Origin: Natronomonas sp.
Lineage (GTDB): Archaea; Halobacteriota; Halobacteria; Halobacteriales; Haloarculaceae
NCBI RefSeq assembly: GCF_046710025.1
Contig: NZ_JBKEGK010000001.1
Span: 1 to 50,010 of the forward strand
DNA: 50,010 nucleotides
Direction of reading: 5' to 3'
Numbering within the stretch: position 1 is the first letter of the stretch; each line of letters opens with the position of its first letter. The notes under the pieces were generated by a model, which made no database searches, had not been told where the DNA came from, and was given only the letters and a program-made list of their open reading frames with translations. The position numbers and the translations under genes are program-made. Positions 1-10,238 of this stretch are shown here, in pieces.

Positions 1-133
1 CCGGCAGTTCGACGACTATCGGCGGCTTCGCGAGCGGCTTTACCGCGAGGTCGCGGATCGACGCGACGTGTTGGGGCTTTTCGTCTCGAAGGACCGCCTC
101 GACGATTAGCGGAGCGGGAACGCTCGAGGGGGC

Positions 134-751
134 TCAAAAGAACTTGAACAGGTCGTCGCGGCCGGCCTCGTGGAGATGGTGTCTGACGGCCTGGTTGAAC
201 GGTTCGATCGATCCCCGTTTCGCCGAGATCGGCGCGAGAATCTCGTCGAACTGCTTCCAGGGCGGGTAGAGGCCGAGCCGTTCGGCCAGCGCGTCCAGGC
301 GCTCGTCGCGGTCGTCGACCTTGTCCATCTTGTTGACCGCGACGACGACGGGGACGCCGAGTTCCTGGAAGAAGCCAAACAACTCCACGTCGTGCGGGAT
401 TTCGTCGGGTCCCGAGTGGCGGTCGATGATGTCGACGGCAGCCTTCCCGTCGACGACTAGAACGCCGACGAGGATCTTTTCGGCGTTGGTTTCGACGTAG
501 CGGACCACATCGGTTTTGATCCGCTCGCGGACATCATCGGGGACGCCGGACATAAATCCGAACCCCGGGAGATCGGTGATCACGAAGTCCTCAGCGGCCC
601 AGTCGTAGTGGTTCGGCTGCGTCGTGACGCCGGGGCTGCCGCCGGTGTCGAAGCTGTGGCCCGTAATCTCGCGCATCAGCGTCGACTTCCCGACGTTTGA
701 TCGCCCGACGAGGACGACCTCCGCGTCGCGGTTCGGACGCGTCTCGAACAT
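134..751 (-). CDS. engB: GTP-binding protein EngB (YihA/YsxC family)
   Basis: G1 GRSNVGKS, G3 DLPGFG, G4 NKMD; 205 aa. Confidence 0.93.
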   Translation of the reverse strand: MFETRPNRDAEVVLVGRSNVGKSTLMREITGHSFDTGGSPGVTTQPNHYDWAAEDFVITDLPGFGFMSGVPDDVRERIKTDVVRYVETNAEKILVGVLVVDGKAAVDIIDRHSGPDEIPHDVELFGFFQELGVPVVVAVNKMDKVDDRDERLDALAERLGLYPPWKQFDEILAPISAKRGSIEPFNQAVRHHLHEAGRDDLFKFF

Positions 752-952
752 GGGAGCGATTGGCCGGTGTCAGGTATAAGCCGCCCGGTCGGCGGGACGG
801 CGCTCCCCGAGGCGTACGAGCGACTTGGGCCCCGTCTCGAAGCATCGAGAAGGCGCTTGAACCGCGCATCCTCGAGTGTGATTGAGAGGGCCGGGGAGCG
901 AGCGCCCGGGAGCGTAACCGTTGTATCGGGCGGTCGCCCCCCGATAGTGGGG

Positions 953-960
953 TTTATAAA
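953..960 (+). promoter_or_regulatory. TATA box (TTTATAAA) of the TIGR00341 gene, probably a leaderless transcript
   Basis: TTTATAAA ends 22 nt before the in-frame GTG at 983. Confidence 0.6.
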
Positions 961-982
961 CACGGATGGCGAGGCTCCCGGC

Positions 983-2284
983 GTGCGACTCGTTCAGGTA
1001 ACGATCCCGACCGGGAAACGCGAGACCGTACTCTCGATCCTCGACGAGGAGGGGATCGACTACGTCGTCACCGACGAGTCAAGCGGCCGGGAGTACACCG
1101 CGGTCGCGTACTTTCCGCTGCCGACGAACGCCGTCGAGCCAATCTTGGAGACGTTGCGGGAGGCCGGACTCGAACGGGAGGCCTACACCGTCGTCCTGAA
1201 AACCGAGACGGTCGAATCGGAGCGCTTCGAAGCGCTCACCGAACGCTACGCCGAGACGGAACAGAGCGAGGAGCGCATCGCCAGACAGGAACTCGAAGCG
1301 CGAGCGGGGGAACTCGCCTCCGCATTGCCGACGTACGTGACCATGACGGTCGTCTCGGCGGTGATCGCGACTGCCGGCCTCCTCCTCGATTCGCCCGCAA
1401 CCGTTGTCGGGTCGATGGTCATCGCGCCGCTCATCGGCCCCGCAATGGCGGCGGCCGTCGGCAGCGTCATCGACGATGCCGAGTTGTTCCGGCGAGGCGT
1501 AAGCCTTCAGTTACTCGGCGTTGGCCTCGCTGTCGCCTCGGCGACGCTGTTTGCGGCGTTCGTCCAGGTGGCGAACCTCGTTCCACCGGGACTCGACCCG
1601 ATCTCGCTGTCGGAGGTCGAAGAGCGACTCGCCCCCAGTGTTCTCTCGTTGGCCGTCGCCCTCGGCGCCGGGGTTGCCGGAGCGGTGAGCCTGACGACGG
1701 GCGTGTCGACCGCACTCGTCGGCGTCATGATCGCCGTTGCGTTGATCCCACCGGCCGCGACGGTCGGGATCGGGATCGCATACGGGGAACCGGCCCTGGC
1801 GGTCGGTTCGGCGGTCCTCGTCGCGGTCAACGTCCTCTCGATCAACCTCGCGGCGCTCGTCGTCCTGTGGTACAGCGGCTACCGTCCCGAGCAGTTTTTC
1901 CATCACGATCAGGCGCGTATCGCGACGCTGAAACGCGCCGCCACCCTCGTCGCAGCCATCGCGTTGCTCTCGGTGTTTCTCGGTGGTGTCACGTACGATT
2001 CCTACCAGGCGGCGGAAACCGAACAGGATATCAGAGAGGGCGTGACGACGGAACTCGAGGACCCGGCGTACTCGGGGTACGAACTCGTCGACCTCGAAAT
2101 CGAGACGGAGACCGAGCGTCTCCTCTTTCATCGGCCCACGACGGTCGTCGGCACGGTCGGGGCCCCGCCCGACGCGACGCGTGGCGGGCTGGCCGAGGGG
2201 ATCCAAACGCGGCTCGCCGCGGAGCACGGGATCGAAGTGGACGTCCGGATACTCTACGTCGAGATCGAACGAAGCGGCGATTGA
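983..2284 (+). CDS. TIGR00341/DUF389 family membrane protein
   Basis: Motifs GLLLDSPATVVGSMVIAPLIGP and GVMIAVALIPPA. Start moved from 767 to GTG 983 (MRLVQVTIPTG), downstream of the TATA box. Confidence 0.88.
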   Translation: MRLVQVTIPTGKRETVLSILDEEGIDYVVTDESSGREYTAVAYFPLPTNAVEPILETLREAGLEREAYTVVLKTETVESERFEALTERYAETEQSEERIARQELEARAGELASALPTYVTMTVVSAVIATAGLLLDSPATVVGSMVIAPLIGPAMAAAVGSVIDDAELFRRGVSLQLLGVGLAVASATLFAAFVQVANLVPPGLDPISLSEVEERLAPSVLSLAVALGAGVAGAVSLTTGVSTALVGVMIAVALIPPAATVGIGIAYGEPALAVGSAVLVAVNVLSINLAALVVLWYSGYRPEQFFHHDQARIATLKRAATLVAAIALLSVFLGGVTYDSYQAAETEQDIREGVTTELEDPAYSGYELVDLEIETETERLLFHRPTTVVGTVGAPPDATRGGLAEGIQTRLAAEHGIEVDVRILYVEIERSGD

Positions 2285-2370
2285 TCCCTACTGTCGGCCC
2301 AACGATGATAGGTCAAACGGCTCTTTGATATTCCGGCGAGTATAGTAACGCGCCCGGCGTCGGGCCGAGT

Positions 2371-3117
2371 ATGCGACGTGAAGGACTCGCAGTAGTGATA
2401 ATCCTCGTTTCCCTGTTGGCGATGACGCTCGTTGGCGTTGCGGTCGTCTCGCCGATCGGCGCACAGACACCCGAGGCCGCCGCCGACCGGACCGTTTCGA
2501 TCGACGCGACTGGGGGCGCATCGGCGCCGCCGGACCGGGCTATCGTTCGGGTCCGAGCCGTCGCTGAGGGCGACGATCCGGGCGCGGTTCGAGACGAACT
2601 CGCGGCCGAAGCCGAGGCGCTCCGGTCAAACTTCGAGGGGATCGGTCTCTCGGCCGAGGACTACGAGACGAGCGAGTACCGGGTTCGCTCGCCACGGGTC
2701 CACCCGCGGGAGGAGGAGACTGTACCGGCGTTCCGGGGTGTGCACAGCTTCGAGGTGACGCTTGAGGACCCCGACAGCGTGGGCGAGGTCGTCGACGCGG
2801 CCGCCGACGCCAACGTCGAGGTTGAGAGCATCGAGTTCACGCTCTCAGATGTCGTCCGGACCGACCTCCGCGAGGAAGCGATCGCAAACGCGATGAGTGA
2901 CGCACGCGCGCAGGCCGACGCTATCGCAAGCAACGGTGACCTCCACGTGACGAGCGTCGCAAGCGTCGACGCGACGCAACGAAACTTCAGCCCGGTGCGC
3001 TACGAGGCGGAGGCGATGGCGACGCCAGCGCCCGAACCGGCCCAAACGAGCGTCGAAACCGGCGACGTCTCCGTGGAGTACGCGGTCGAAGTGACGTACA
3101 ATGCGACGGCGGGCTGA
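2371..3117 (+). CDS. SIMPL (DUF541) domain secreted protein
   Basis: N-terminal hydrophobic signal; TVSIDATG..PDRA, LREEAIANAMSDARAQADAIA, terminal VEVTY strand. Confidence 0.88.
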   Translation: MRREGLAVVIILVSLLAMTLVGVAVVSPIGAQTPEAAADRTVSIDATGGASAPPDRAIVRVRAVAEGDDPGAVRDELAAEAEALRSNFEGIGLSAEDYETSEYRVRSPRVHPREEETVPAFRGVHSFEVTLEDPDSVGEVVDAAADANVEVESIEFTLSDVVRTDLREEAIANAMSDARAQADAIASNGDLHVTSVASVDATQRNFSPVRYEAEAMATPAPEPAQTSVETGDVSVEYAVEVTYNATAG

Positions 3118-3166
3118 TCTGGAGGCGACGACGCGGTGGGTCTGCCTGCGCGGCCGCAATCGACCG

Positions 3167-4144
3167 TCACTCGTCGAACGGCAGCTCTAGTTCGTAGCCG
3201 ACGGCCTCGACAGCCGCGTCGAGGGTCGCCTCGACGCCCTCGCCGGTTTCGACGCTCATGTAGTGGTCGGCGTCGGCATCGGTCGAACGGTCGGCCTTGT
3301 TACAGACGACGAGGACCGGCACCTCGAACGTCGACTCGACATCGTCGAGCAACTCGAGTTGGTCGTCGAGCGGATAGCCGCATTCGCCACTGGCGTCGAG
3401 CATGAAGAGAACGGCGTCGGCCAGATGTGTCAGCGCTGAAACGGCCTGGGACTCGATCGCGTTTCGGTCCTCCGCGGGCCGATCGAGCAGGCCGGGCGTG
3501 TCGACCAGTTGATACCGGATGTGGTCGCGTTCGAAGTGGCCGACGTTGAGATTCGTGGTGGTGTAGGGGTAGGCGGCCGTCTCGTTTTTCGCGTTCGTCA
3601 CGCGGTTGACGAACGAGGACTTGCCGACGTTTGGGTAGCCGGCGACGACGATCGCGGGGTCGTCGGCGCGGATGTCGGGCAGCGTTTTCAGTGCGTCGCG
3701 GGCCGCACCGATCGCGAGGAGGTCCTCCTCGACCTGCTCGGTGATGTCGGCGAGGCGGGCGAACGCTTGCTTGCGGAATTTGCGCGCGGTGTCGGTGTCG
3801 GAGTTTCTGATCCGACCGTGGTACTCTCGTTTTATTTCGTCCGTCCGCCGGGAGGCCCACATTACCTCCGAGAGGTGCTGTCTGAGCCGGTCGACGCCCT
3901 CAACGTCGGTGTCGGCGAGCGTCGCGTCGGCGAGTTCATAATAAAAGCGGTCGACGAGATCGAAGTCCGGCCACGAGGTGACGACGTTGCCGAGGTTGTC
4001 CGAGAGGATGTTCGCGGCCGTCTGCAGCATCGACTCTTGGGCCTCCTTGCCCGACTTCGCCCGCCCCGCGCGCGCCGCCCGAGAGAACGCCTTGTCGACC
4101 AACTCCTCCGACCGGGGCGTCGTCGGAAGATGTTCGAAGTGCAT
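3167..4144 (-). CDS. NOG1-family GTP-binding protein
   Basis: GYPNVGKSS, YPYTT, DTPGLLDRP, NKAD; NOG1-type N-terminal helical domain. Confidence 0.92.
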   Translation of the reverse strand: MHFEHLPTTPRSEELVDKAFSRAARAGRAKSGKEAQESMLQTAANILSDNLGNVVTSWPDFDLVDRFYYELADATLADTDVEGVDRLRQHLSEVMWASRRTDEIKREYHGRIRNSDTDTARKFRKQAFARLADITEQVEEDLLAIGAARDALKTLPDIRADDPAIVVAGYPNVGKSSFVNRVTNAKNETAAYPYTTTNLNVGHFERDHIRYQLVDTPGLLDRPAEDRNAIESQAVSALTHLADAVLFMLDASGECGYPLDDQLELLDDVESTFEVPVLVVCNKADRSTDADADHYMSVETGEGVEATLDAAVEAVGYELELPFDE

Positions 4145-4212
4145 ACCCCCGTTTGTGCGCCGTCACGTATAAGCGGCGTGTCTCCCGCCGAGAGCGAGCC
4201 TGTGGCCCGAAC

Positions 4213-4740
4213 TCACAACATCTCGACGGCGTCGTCGACGGAGATGTCGCCACGTTTGAGCGCGCCGAGTATCTCGCGGGTGTCCTCGTCCCCATCGTCC
4301 TCGTCGTCATCGGCGGCGATCTCGTCCAAGGTCACCTTCTCCGAGTCGCCGGTGAACTCCGCGAAGTCGGTCCCGTCGGCGAGGGCGGTTCCCTTTTTAA
4401 CCCGGTAGTTGCCGCCAGGGGTTTCATACAGATCGCCAGGGTGAAAAAAGTACCAGTCCTCGCGATCGAAGCGGACGCCGACGCGGGGTTTCGCACCGAA
4501 GTTCCGCGCGAAGTAGACGAGCGCCTCGATCTCTTCGCCGGAAAGGTAAATCGGGTCGCCGGCGGAGGATTTCGCCTCGATCGCGTAGAACGTCCCGCCG
4601 TCGCCGGCGAGCACGTCCGGGAGTTCGCGCTCGGTTGCGCTGCCGGAGGCCGGCGCGCGCATCACCGCGAAACCGGCCTCGTCGAGCGCCGTGACGAGTT
4701 CGCGCTCGCGGCGGTCGCCCTTCGCGTTCGAGTTCGCCAT
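4213..4740 (-). CDS. hjc: Archaeal Holliday junction resolvase Hjc
   Basis: [28 protein letters not shown] (PD-(D/E)xK). Confidence 0.95.
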   Translation of the reverse strand: MANSNAKGDRRERELVTALDEAGFAVMRAPASGSATERELPDVLAGDGGTFYAIEAKSSAGDPIYLSGEEIEALVYFARNFGAKPRVGVRFDREDWYFFHPGDLYETPGGNYRVKKGTALADGTDFAEFTGDSEKVTLDEIAADDDEDDGDEDTREILGALKRGDISVDDAVEML

Positions 4741-4826
4741 TGACGGCTCTGGGGGATGGAGTAATTTAAAAAGGGCGGTCGCCGGCGGCTGCGATATTTA
4801 TTATTCCGCCGGCCCGTACGAGGGAT

Positions 4827-5291
4827 ATGTCCGACCCCGGATTCGACGCGTTCGATCACGAGGCTCACATGCGGCGGGCGTTCGATCTCGCCCGCGAGGC
4901 CGCCGATCGCGGCGACGAACCGTTCGGCAGCGTCCTCGTTCGCGGCGACTCGGTCGCCATGGCCGATTCGAACCGCATCGTCACCGAAGACGACGTCCGC
5001 CGTCACCCGGAACTTCACCTCACCTACCGGGCCTGTCGGGAGAACTCGCCGGCCGAACGCGCCGCGACGGTCATGTACACGAGCACCGAGCCGTGCCCGA
5101 TGTGCGCCGGTGGGATGGCCCGGGCCGGCTTCGGGCGGGTCGTCTACAGCGTTGGCGGCGACGAGATAGCCGAATTCACCGGCCGGGGACCGTCGGTCCG
5201 ATCGGCCGAGATCCTCGATGGGGTCACGGAGGTCGTCGGACCCGTGCTGAACGCGGAGGGGCGGGCGGTCCACGAGGCGTACGGCTGGTAG
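4827..5291 (+). CDS. Zn-dependent nucleoside/cytidine deaminase family protein
   Basis: PFGSVLV, HPE and STEPCPMC zinc motifs. Confidence 0.88.
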   Translation: MSDPGFDAFDHEAHMRRAFDLAREAADRGDEPFGSVLVRGDSVAMADSNRIVTEDDVRRHPELHLTYRACRENSPAERAATVMYTSTEPCPMCAGGMARAGFGRVVYSVGGDEIAEFTGRGPSVRSAEILDGVTEVVGPVLNAEGRAVHEAYGW

Positions 5292-5383
5292 CTTCCACGG
5301 TATCGCTCGCAGAACACGGCGTAGTATGCGAAGAGGAGTGTCAGGGGCGTTGAAAATACTGGGTACGAAGACGGGTACAGGTG

Positions 5384-6211
5384 TTATTTCGCGCCGCGAA
5401 CGACGTGGCCGTACTTCAGCACCGCCACGAATATCGCCCCGCCGACGGCGTTACCGGCTGTGGCCAGCACCTGGAACACGATATAATCGTTCAGCGTCAC
5501 AGCCGAGGAGGTAAAGAGGCCAAAAAGGACCTCGACGTTTCCGGCGATAGAGTGGGGAAGATGGAGGATCCCGATCGTCGCGGCCACGAGCCAAATGATG
5601 ACTATTCGGCTTATCGTCTCCTGGGCGGCGGTGATCAGCCAGGCCATCAGTCCCATCAGCCAGCCGGCGAAGATGCCGGCGACGAGCAGCCAGGAGGGCT
5701 CATGGCTGACGAGTTTGTTCGCGATCGTTCCGAACGCCTCCGGCGAGACCACCCCGAGCCCGGGCATGAGCAACACCGCCAGAAAGGTGAAGACGGCCCC
5801 GCCGATGAGGTTGCCCGCGTAGACGAGCCCCCACAGTCGTCCCAACTGTCCGAGAGACGCCTGCCGATCGAGCACCGGAATCACTGCGAGGGTAGTGTGT
5901 TCGGTGAACAGTTCCGATCGGCCGAGGATGACGAGTATGAATCCGACGGCGTACGCGCTCGCCAGAAGAAGCTCTGTCGAGAGGTCTCCGAAGGTTCCGC
6001 CCGACAGCGTCAACAGGACCGCCATGAGGAGCGGCCCGAAGCCGATATCGAGTCCGGCTGAAACCCCCGAAAGCAACAATCCGGATCGTTCCCGCCTCAT
6101 CTCGTGTAGCCCGTCCTCAATCAGCGAATCCAGCACCGCCGCTGAGGGCATCTGTTGCATGTGGGCCAACACCCCTTGCTCCTCGGCTTCGAGACGATCC
6201 TCCTGTGCCAT
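5384..6211 (-). CDS. Formate/nitrite transporter (FNT) family protein
   Basis: SELFTEHT, GNLIGG, HSIAG, GNAVGG motifs; about 6 TM segments. Confidence 0.9.
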   Translation of the reverse strand: MAQEDRLEAEEQGVLAHMQQMPSAAVLDSLIEDGLHEMRRERSGLLLSGVSAGLDIGFGPLLMAVLLTLSGGTFGDLSTELLLASAYAVGFILVILGRSELFTEHTTLAVIPVLDRQASLGQLGRLWGLVYAGNLIGGAVFTFLAVLLMPGLGVVSPEAFGTIANKLVSHEPSWLLVAGIFAGWLMGLMAWLITAAQETISRIVIIWLVAATIGILHLPHSIAGNVEVLFGLFTSSAVTLNDYIVFQVLATAGNAVGGAIFVAVLKYGHVVRGAK

Positions 6212-6311
6212 GAGTCTCGTTTATATTTTCACCCAAATAAGTGAGGCGACTCCGGGCTACGTGTTTTATTGCCCGATCGTGAGGCTCAGAACCCACGCGT
6301 TGAAGCGACGC

Positions 6312-8150
6312 TCAGTTCGCGTCCGTCGGCGCGTAGTAGTACTCGCCGGCCCTTTTTTGCTCGCGGTCCTTCTGGGAGCCGGGCTTGTTGATCCGCGGTC
6401 GACCCGTCCGCTCGTCGCGGCGGAAGGTCACGTCGAGATTCGAGAGGAACGTGTTCATTCCTTCGCGCATCCCGACCGGCCGGCCGGCGTGGCCGCGCTC
6501 GGCGGGCGTTCCCTCGAAGACCTGCAGGCGATCCGAAAGCAGATCGATCATGTAGATGTCGTGGTCGATTACCATCGCCGTCTTGTCGTGGGTCTCAGTG
6601 TAACGACGGATAGCCCGCGTCGCGAGGACGCGCTGTTCGACGTCGAGGTGGGCGGAGGGCTCGTCAAGCAGGTAGAGGTCGGCCTCCTCGGAGAGACACG
6701 CGGCGATGGCGACGCGCTGGCGCTCGCCACCAGAGAGGTCCGTGAGCTGTTGCTCCATGATCCGATCGAGTTGGAGCGGCCCCGCGATCTCGGTGTTCCA
6801 GTAGGAGGTCCCGAAGTCGTCGGTGATCGAGGCTAGGAAGGCGTCGACCCGCATCGGCTGGTCGATCTCGACGTACTGCGGTTTGTACGAGATGTCGAGG
6901 GCGGCGTCGAAGCTCCCTTCGTCGGGGTCTAAGCGTCCGGCGAGCAGTTTTGCGAACGTCGACTTGCCGATCCCGTTGGGACCGACGATGCCGAGCACCT
7001 CGTTGTGTCTGATCTCGCCGGCATCGATCTCGAGGGCGAACTCGCCCTCGCCGTAGGATTTCCGCATTTCGGGGTACTCGACGAGCGTCTCGCCGTAGCC
7101 CTCGACGCGGGGGGCGTGTTCCTCGAACTCGATGGCCTCCGGGCGGATCCGCATATTCTCGTTCTCGAGGTAGCCTCCGAGGTACTGATTTATACCGCCC
7201 TTCGTCGATTTCGGCGGCGTGACGACGCCGAAGACACCGGGTTCGCCGTAGGCGACGTGGAGCGCGTCGGCGAGCAGGTCCAACACCGCGAGGTCGTGTT
7301 CGACCACGAGCATCGAGCGATCGTCGGCCGACAGTTCCTGGATAAGCCGCGCCGCAGTCACACGTTGGCCAATGTCGAGATACGGCGTGATCTCGTCAAG
7401 GAAATAGAAGTCGGCGTCACGCACCAGCGTCGCCGCGAGGGCGACGCGCTGGAGTTCGCCGCCTGAGAGCGTATCGATCGGCTGATCGACGACGGAGGCG
7501 ATCCCGAGACGCTCGGTGAGGTCGTCGGCGACGCCGCGCTCGTCGACGCTCGCGAGCAACTCGCTCGTCTTTCCGTCGAACGTGTCCGGAATCTTATCAA
7601 CGTATTGTGGCTTTCGGGCGACTGTCACCTCGTTTTCTTGGAGATCTTTGAGGTATCCCTGCAGCGCCGTGCCCCGGTAGGCTTCGAGCACCCGGTCCCA
7701 GTCCGGGTCGGCCTCGAAGTCGCCGAGGTTCGGCGTGATCTCGTCGGCGAGGATGTGGACGGCGGTCGTCTTCCCGATCCCGTTGGGGCCGAGAATCCCG
7801 GTGACGCGGCCGTCTTCAGGCGCTGGTAGCCCATACAGCGCGAAGCTGTTCTCGCCGTAGCGGTGGGTCGGGTCGTCGTCGAGTTCCTGCGGGAGGTTGA
7901 TGATCTCGATCGCATCGAAGGGACACTTTTCGACGCAGATGCCACAGGTCTCGCCGAGACACAGCTCCTCGGAGATCGAGATCTGATCGGAGCCGCCGGC
8001 GTAGTGCTCGCCCTCGTCGTGGCGTTCTTCGCGGGTGACGATACACTCCTCGCCGGTCCGGTTTGGCGGGCAGAAGTTCGCACACTCGTAGTTACACCGG
8101 TCGGGCTGGCAGCGATCTAAGTCCACGACGGCGATGCTGTCGTCGGCCAT
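6312..8150 (-). CDS. rli: ABCE1/RLI ribosome recycling ATPase
   Basis: N-terminal Fe-S cysteines (CQPDRC..C..FCP; CGICVEKCPFDAI), two ABC domains (GPNGIGK, LSGGE), terminal RPRINK. ATG at 8150 overlaps the upstream stop (TGATG). Confidence 0.96.
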   Translation of the reverse strand: MADDSIAVVDLDRCQPDRCNYECANFCPPNRTGEECIVTREERHDEGEHYAGGSDQISISEELCLGETCGICVEKCPFDAIEIINLPQELDDDPTHRYGENSFALYGLPAPEDGRVTGILGPNGIGKTTAVHILADEITPNLGDFEADPDWDRVLEAYRGTALQGYLKDLQENEVTVARKPQYVDKIPDTFDGKTSELLASVDERGVADDLTERLGIASVVDQPIDTLSGGELQRVALAATLVRDADFYFLDEITPYLDIGQRVTAARLIQELSADDRSMLVVEHDLAVLDLLADALHVAYGEPGVFGVVTPPKSTKGGINQYLGGYLENENMRIRPEAIEFEEHAPRVEGYGETLVEYPEMRKSYGEGEFALEIDAGEIRHNEVLGIVGPNGIGKSTFAKLLAGRLDPDEGSFDAALDISYKPQYVEIDQPMRVDAFLASITDDFGTSYWNTEIAGPLQLDRIMEQQLTDLSGGERQRVAIAACLSEEADLYLLDEPSAHLDVEQRVLATRAIRRYTETHDKTAMVIDHDIYMIDLLSDRLQVFEGTPAERGHAGRPVGMREGMNTFLSNLDVTFRRDERTGRPRINKPGSQKDREQKRAGEYYYAPTDAN

Positions 8151-8467
8151 CAGAGGCCAGCCCCGGTTGTGAGCAGGATTCCCCAGCAAACGAACCAGAG
8201 CGAAAACGTCATGAAGACGACGTAGAGGTAATCCTTCGCCCCGAAGTCGTCGGTGTCGAGCTCGATTCCGGCTTTTTCGAGGAGCTGGTGGATGGGGAAC
8301 TGCACGACGACGGCGCTCGCGAGGATGTAGACGCCGAGCGTATCCCCGGCCCCGTCGGCGACGGCCGACGAGACGAGGGCGGCGGCGACGCCGGCCAGAC
8401 ACGCGATCGCCGTGACGGTGATGCCACGGACGTGTGCGGTCCGGCGTTCGGCCGTATCAGTTGCCAT
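8150..8467 (-). CDS. EMC6-like archaeal membrane protein
   Basis: Three TM segments, KDYLYVVFMTFSLWFVCWGILL; translationally coupled to RLI as is typical; start may be 8467 or 8494. Confidence 0.75.
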   Translation of the reverse strand: MATDTAERRTAHVRGITVTAIACLAGVAAALVSSAVADGAGDTLGVYILASAVVVQFPIHQLLEKAGIELDTDDFGAKDYLYVVFMTFSLWFVCWGILLTTGAGL

Positions 8468-8609
8468 ACGTACTGTTGTGCCATCCGTCGTCAAAAGCGG
8501 TTCGTTCCAGCGACGCCGATGGAGTGACCGGCTTCGGCTCAGCCTCGGACCATACCTGACATGTTTGGATTAACGTTTATACCCGCGGGGGACCTTTTAT
8601 ATCGTAGAG

Positions 8610-8891
8610 ATGCCTGATTCAGACGGGGAAACACTCACAGATCTTCCACCCAGCGCGAAACTCGTCTACAAAGTTCTCGAGTACAATGGCGCGATGACTC
8701 AAAAGAGCATCGTCGAGGAATCGATGTTGTCTGCTCGAACGGTCCGCTATGCGCTCGAACGGCTCGAGGACATCGAGATCGTCTCGGAGGACGTATACTT
8801 CGCTGACGCCCGTCAAAATCTTTACGAACTGACTGACACCGGCAAGGCAGCCGTCGACGGCGCCGGCGAGGCGGCCGCCTCCGACGACTAA
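8610..8891 (+). CDS. Small winged-HTH (MarR-like) DNA-binding protein
   Basis: LPPSAKLVYKVL..GAMTQKSI..ESMLSARTVRYALERL..DARQNLY; TTTTATAT box upstream. Confidence 0.85.
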   Translation: MPDSDGETLTDLPPSAKLVYKVLEYNGAMTQKSIVEESMLSARTVRYALERLEDIEIVSEDVYFADARQNLYELTDTGKAAVDGAGEAAASDD

Positions 8892-9149
8892 ACGGTACCC
8901 CGTCATTCGCCATTCACTCCGAACGACACCCACGACAGCGACGGGTACGGCCCGTCCGGTGCCGACTGTGTTTCGCGCACGCACTCGTGCGGTGGACCTG
9001 ACTGTTCCGTCCGAGCGCCACCGGGCCATCGGAATCGCTGTGGACTCGACGCACTACCGCACCGTGTTCGAGGGGTCCAGACCGCCGAGGTACTTGCCAC
9101 GCTCGAATTGTTCAGCCCAATCAGTTATACCGGCGATACGAGCAGCAAT

Positions 9150-9410
9150 CCGCTCAAGCCCGTCGCTTGCCGGCCTGAAACGGTGGCTCGGGAGAAGCCC
9201 TCATCACAAGGGGCTCAGAGGGGGTAACTGTCGTCACCGCCACCACCGACTGTTCTCGCTTCACCGGTAAGAACCCACGCCTTTTCCGGGGCGGAATGTA
9301 CGATCTCCCGAGATAGCACCGAATCGCCTCGTGGAGCGCTCCCCCGATGGTAGCGTTGGCGTGCGACACATCTTTGCTATCCTCCCACGGCTTCAGGCCT
9401 GTCTCTTACC
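9150..9410 (-). mobile_element. Possible degenerate IS200/IS605 (tnpB 3' end/omegaRNA region) remnant
   Basis: Minus strand has GAAGCCGTGGGAGGAT and ends GGCAAGCGACGGGCTTGA, similar to the IS605 end at 46676-46696; no transposase ORF. Confidence 0.35.
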
Positions 9411-10069
9411 GATACGTTCCCCGAGTCCCAAAGTGACGTTTTAGACGCTTTCGAACTTGATCTGTAGTCAGAAGATTGCGGTGAGGAGGGATTCAAGCGG
9501 TGATACCGGCGACGTGTGCGACGGTATCACTACCTACCGGCGTGGTGTCCCCAGAAAAACCCGCATCGATCGGCGAGTCTCCCAGCGACAGCACCAGCGG
9601 CTAGGTCTCACTACCTCGGCTTCCTCTCGGGCCGACTCGCCTCGTGCGTTTGACCCTCTGTCGGAAGCCCTCGCCCTCTCCCCACGGGCCGGGCCTGTTC
9701 GGACAGTCAGAAGGATCTCCGATCCCTCACGAATTGAGGCCGGAGCCCCCGGCTGAACGTTACTGAACCGGTAACAAAGAAATTATGTAGTATAAACATA
9801 AATTCAGTCTTGTTGGTCAGTAGCCACGACCAACAGCCAGCGATACAAACGAGAGGGGTGGCTTGGTGCCCTACGTCGCTCCTCTTTTGTAAGATCCCAT
9901 TCTCACGGCTTCTGTACTGAATTCCGACGCAAAGATGGACGCCCCGGACTGCGTCGGCGGTCGTAAATTTCTGCTTATATGTTCGTTTTTAATACATGAG
10001 CACATAATGTATATTTATGTATATATCCGAGAGGCCCCGAATGCACTGTAACATAGCGGTCGAGATCAC

Positions 10070-10204
10070 CCTATAGAATATATATCGCCTGGCGATACTC
10101 AATACCAAACATACCGACCGAAGCTATTCTATACCGAACTATACCGCTCAGTAACATCCTATACCAGACATATCTCCCAGGTGCGTTCCATACCCCTCAT
10201 ATAA
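10070..10204 (+). repeat. Degenerate ~29-30-bp tandem array of paired ATACC motifs upstream of pstS
   Basis: Exact ATACC at 10102, 10111, 10131, 10141, 10161, 10190; variants at 10073, 10082, 10170, 10199. Confidence 0.75.
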
Positions 10205-10238
10205 ATTTCTTTTAGCATTTCGTATTTGATTTCTCGTG

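Noticed and set aside
767-982. N-terminal extension of the 505-aa ORF
   Set aside because: Arg-rich and non-halophilic, and it spans the divergent promoter; TATA at 953 supports GTG 983
4213-4330. C-terminal acidic linker and helical tail on Hjc
   Set aside because: To my knowledge a usual feature of haloarchaeal Hjc, so not novel
8151-8402. 83-aa N-terminal extension of the RLI ORF
   Set aside because: It overlaps the EMC6-like gene in another frame; the real start is MADDSIAV at 8150
9120-9420. Considered as tRNA, SRP RNA, RNase P RNA or HEARO RNA
   Set aside because: No cloverleaf or T-loop, no GAGGAAAGUCC, no SRP helix-8 motif, no HEARO-like core seen
10070-10204. Repeat array considered as a CRISPR array
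   Set aside because: Conserved parts are only 5-bp motifs, the period is about 30 bp, there are no 30-40-nt spacers and no cas genes
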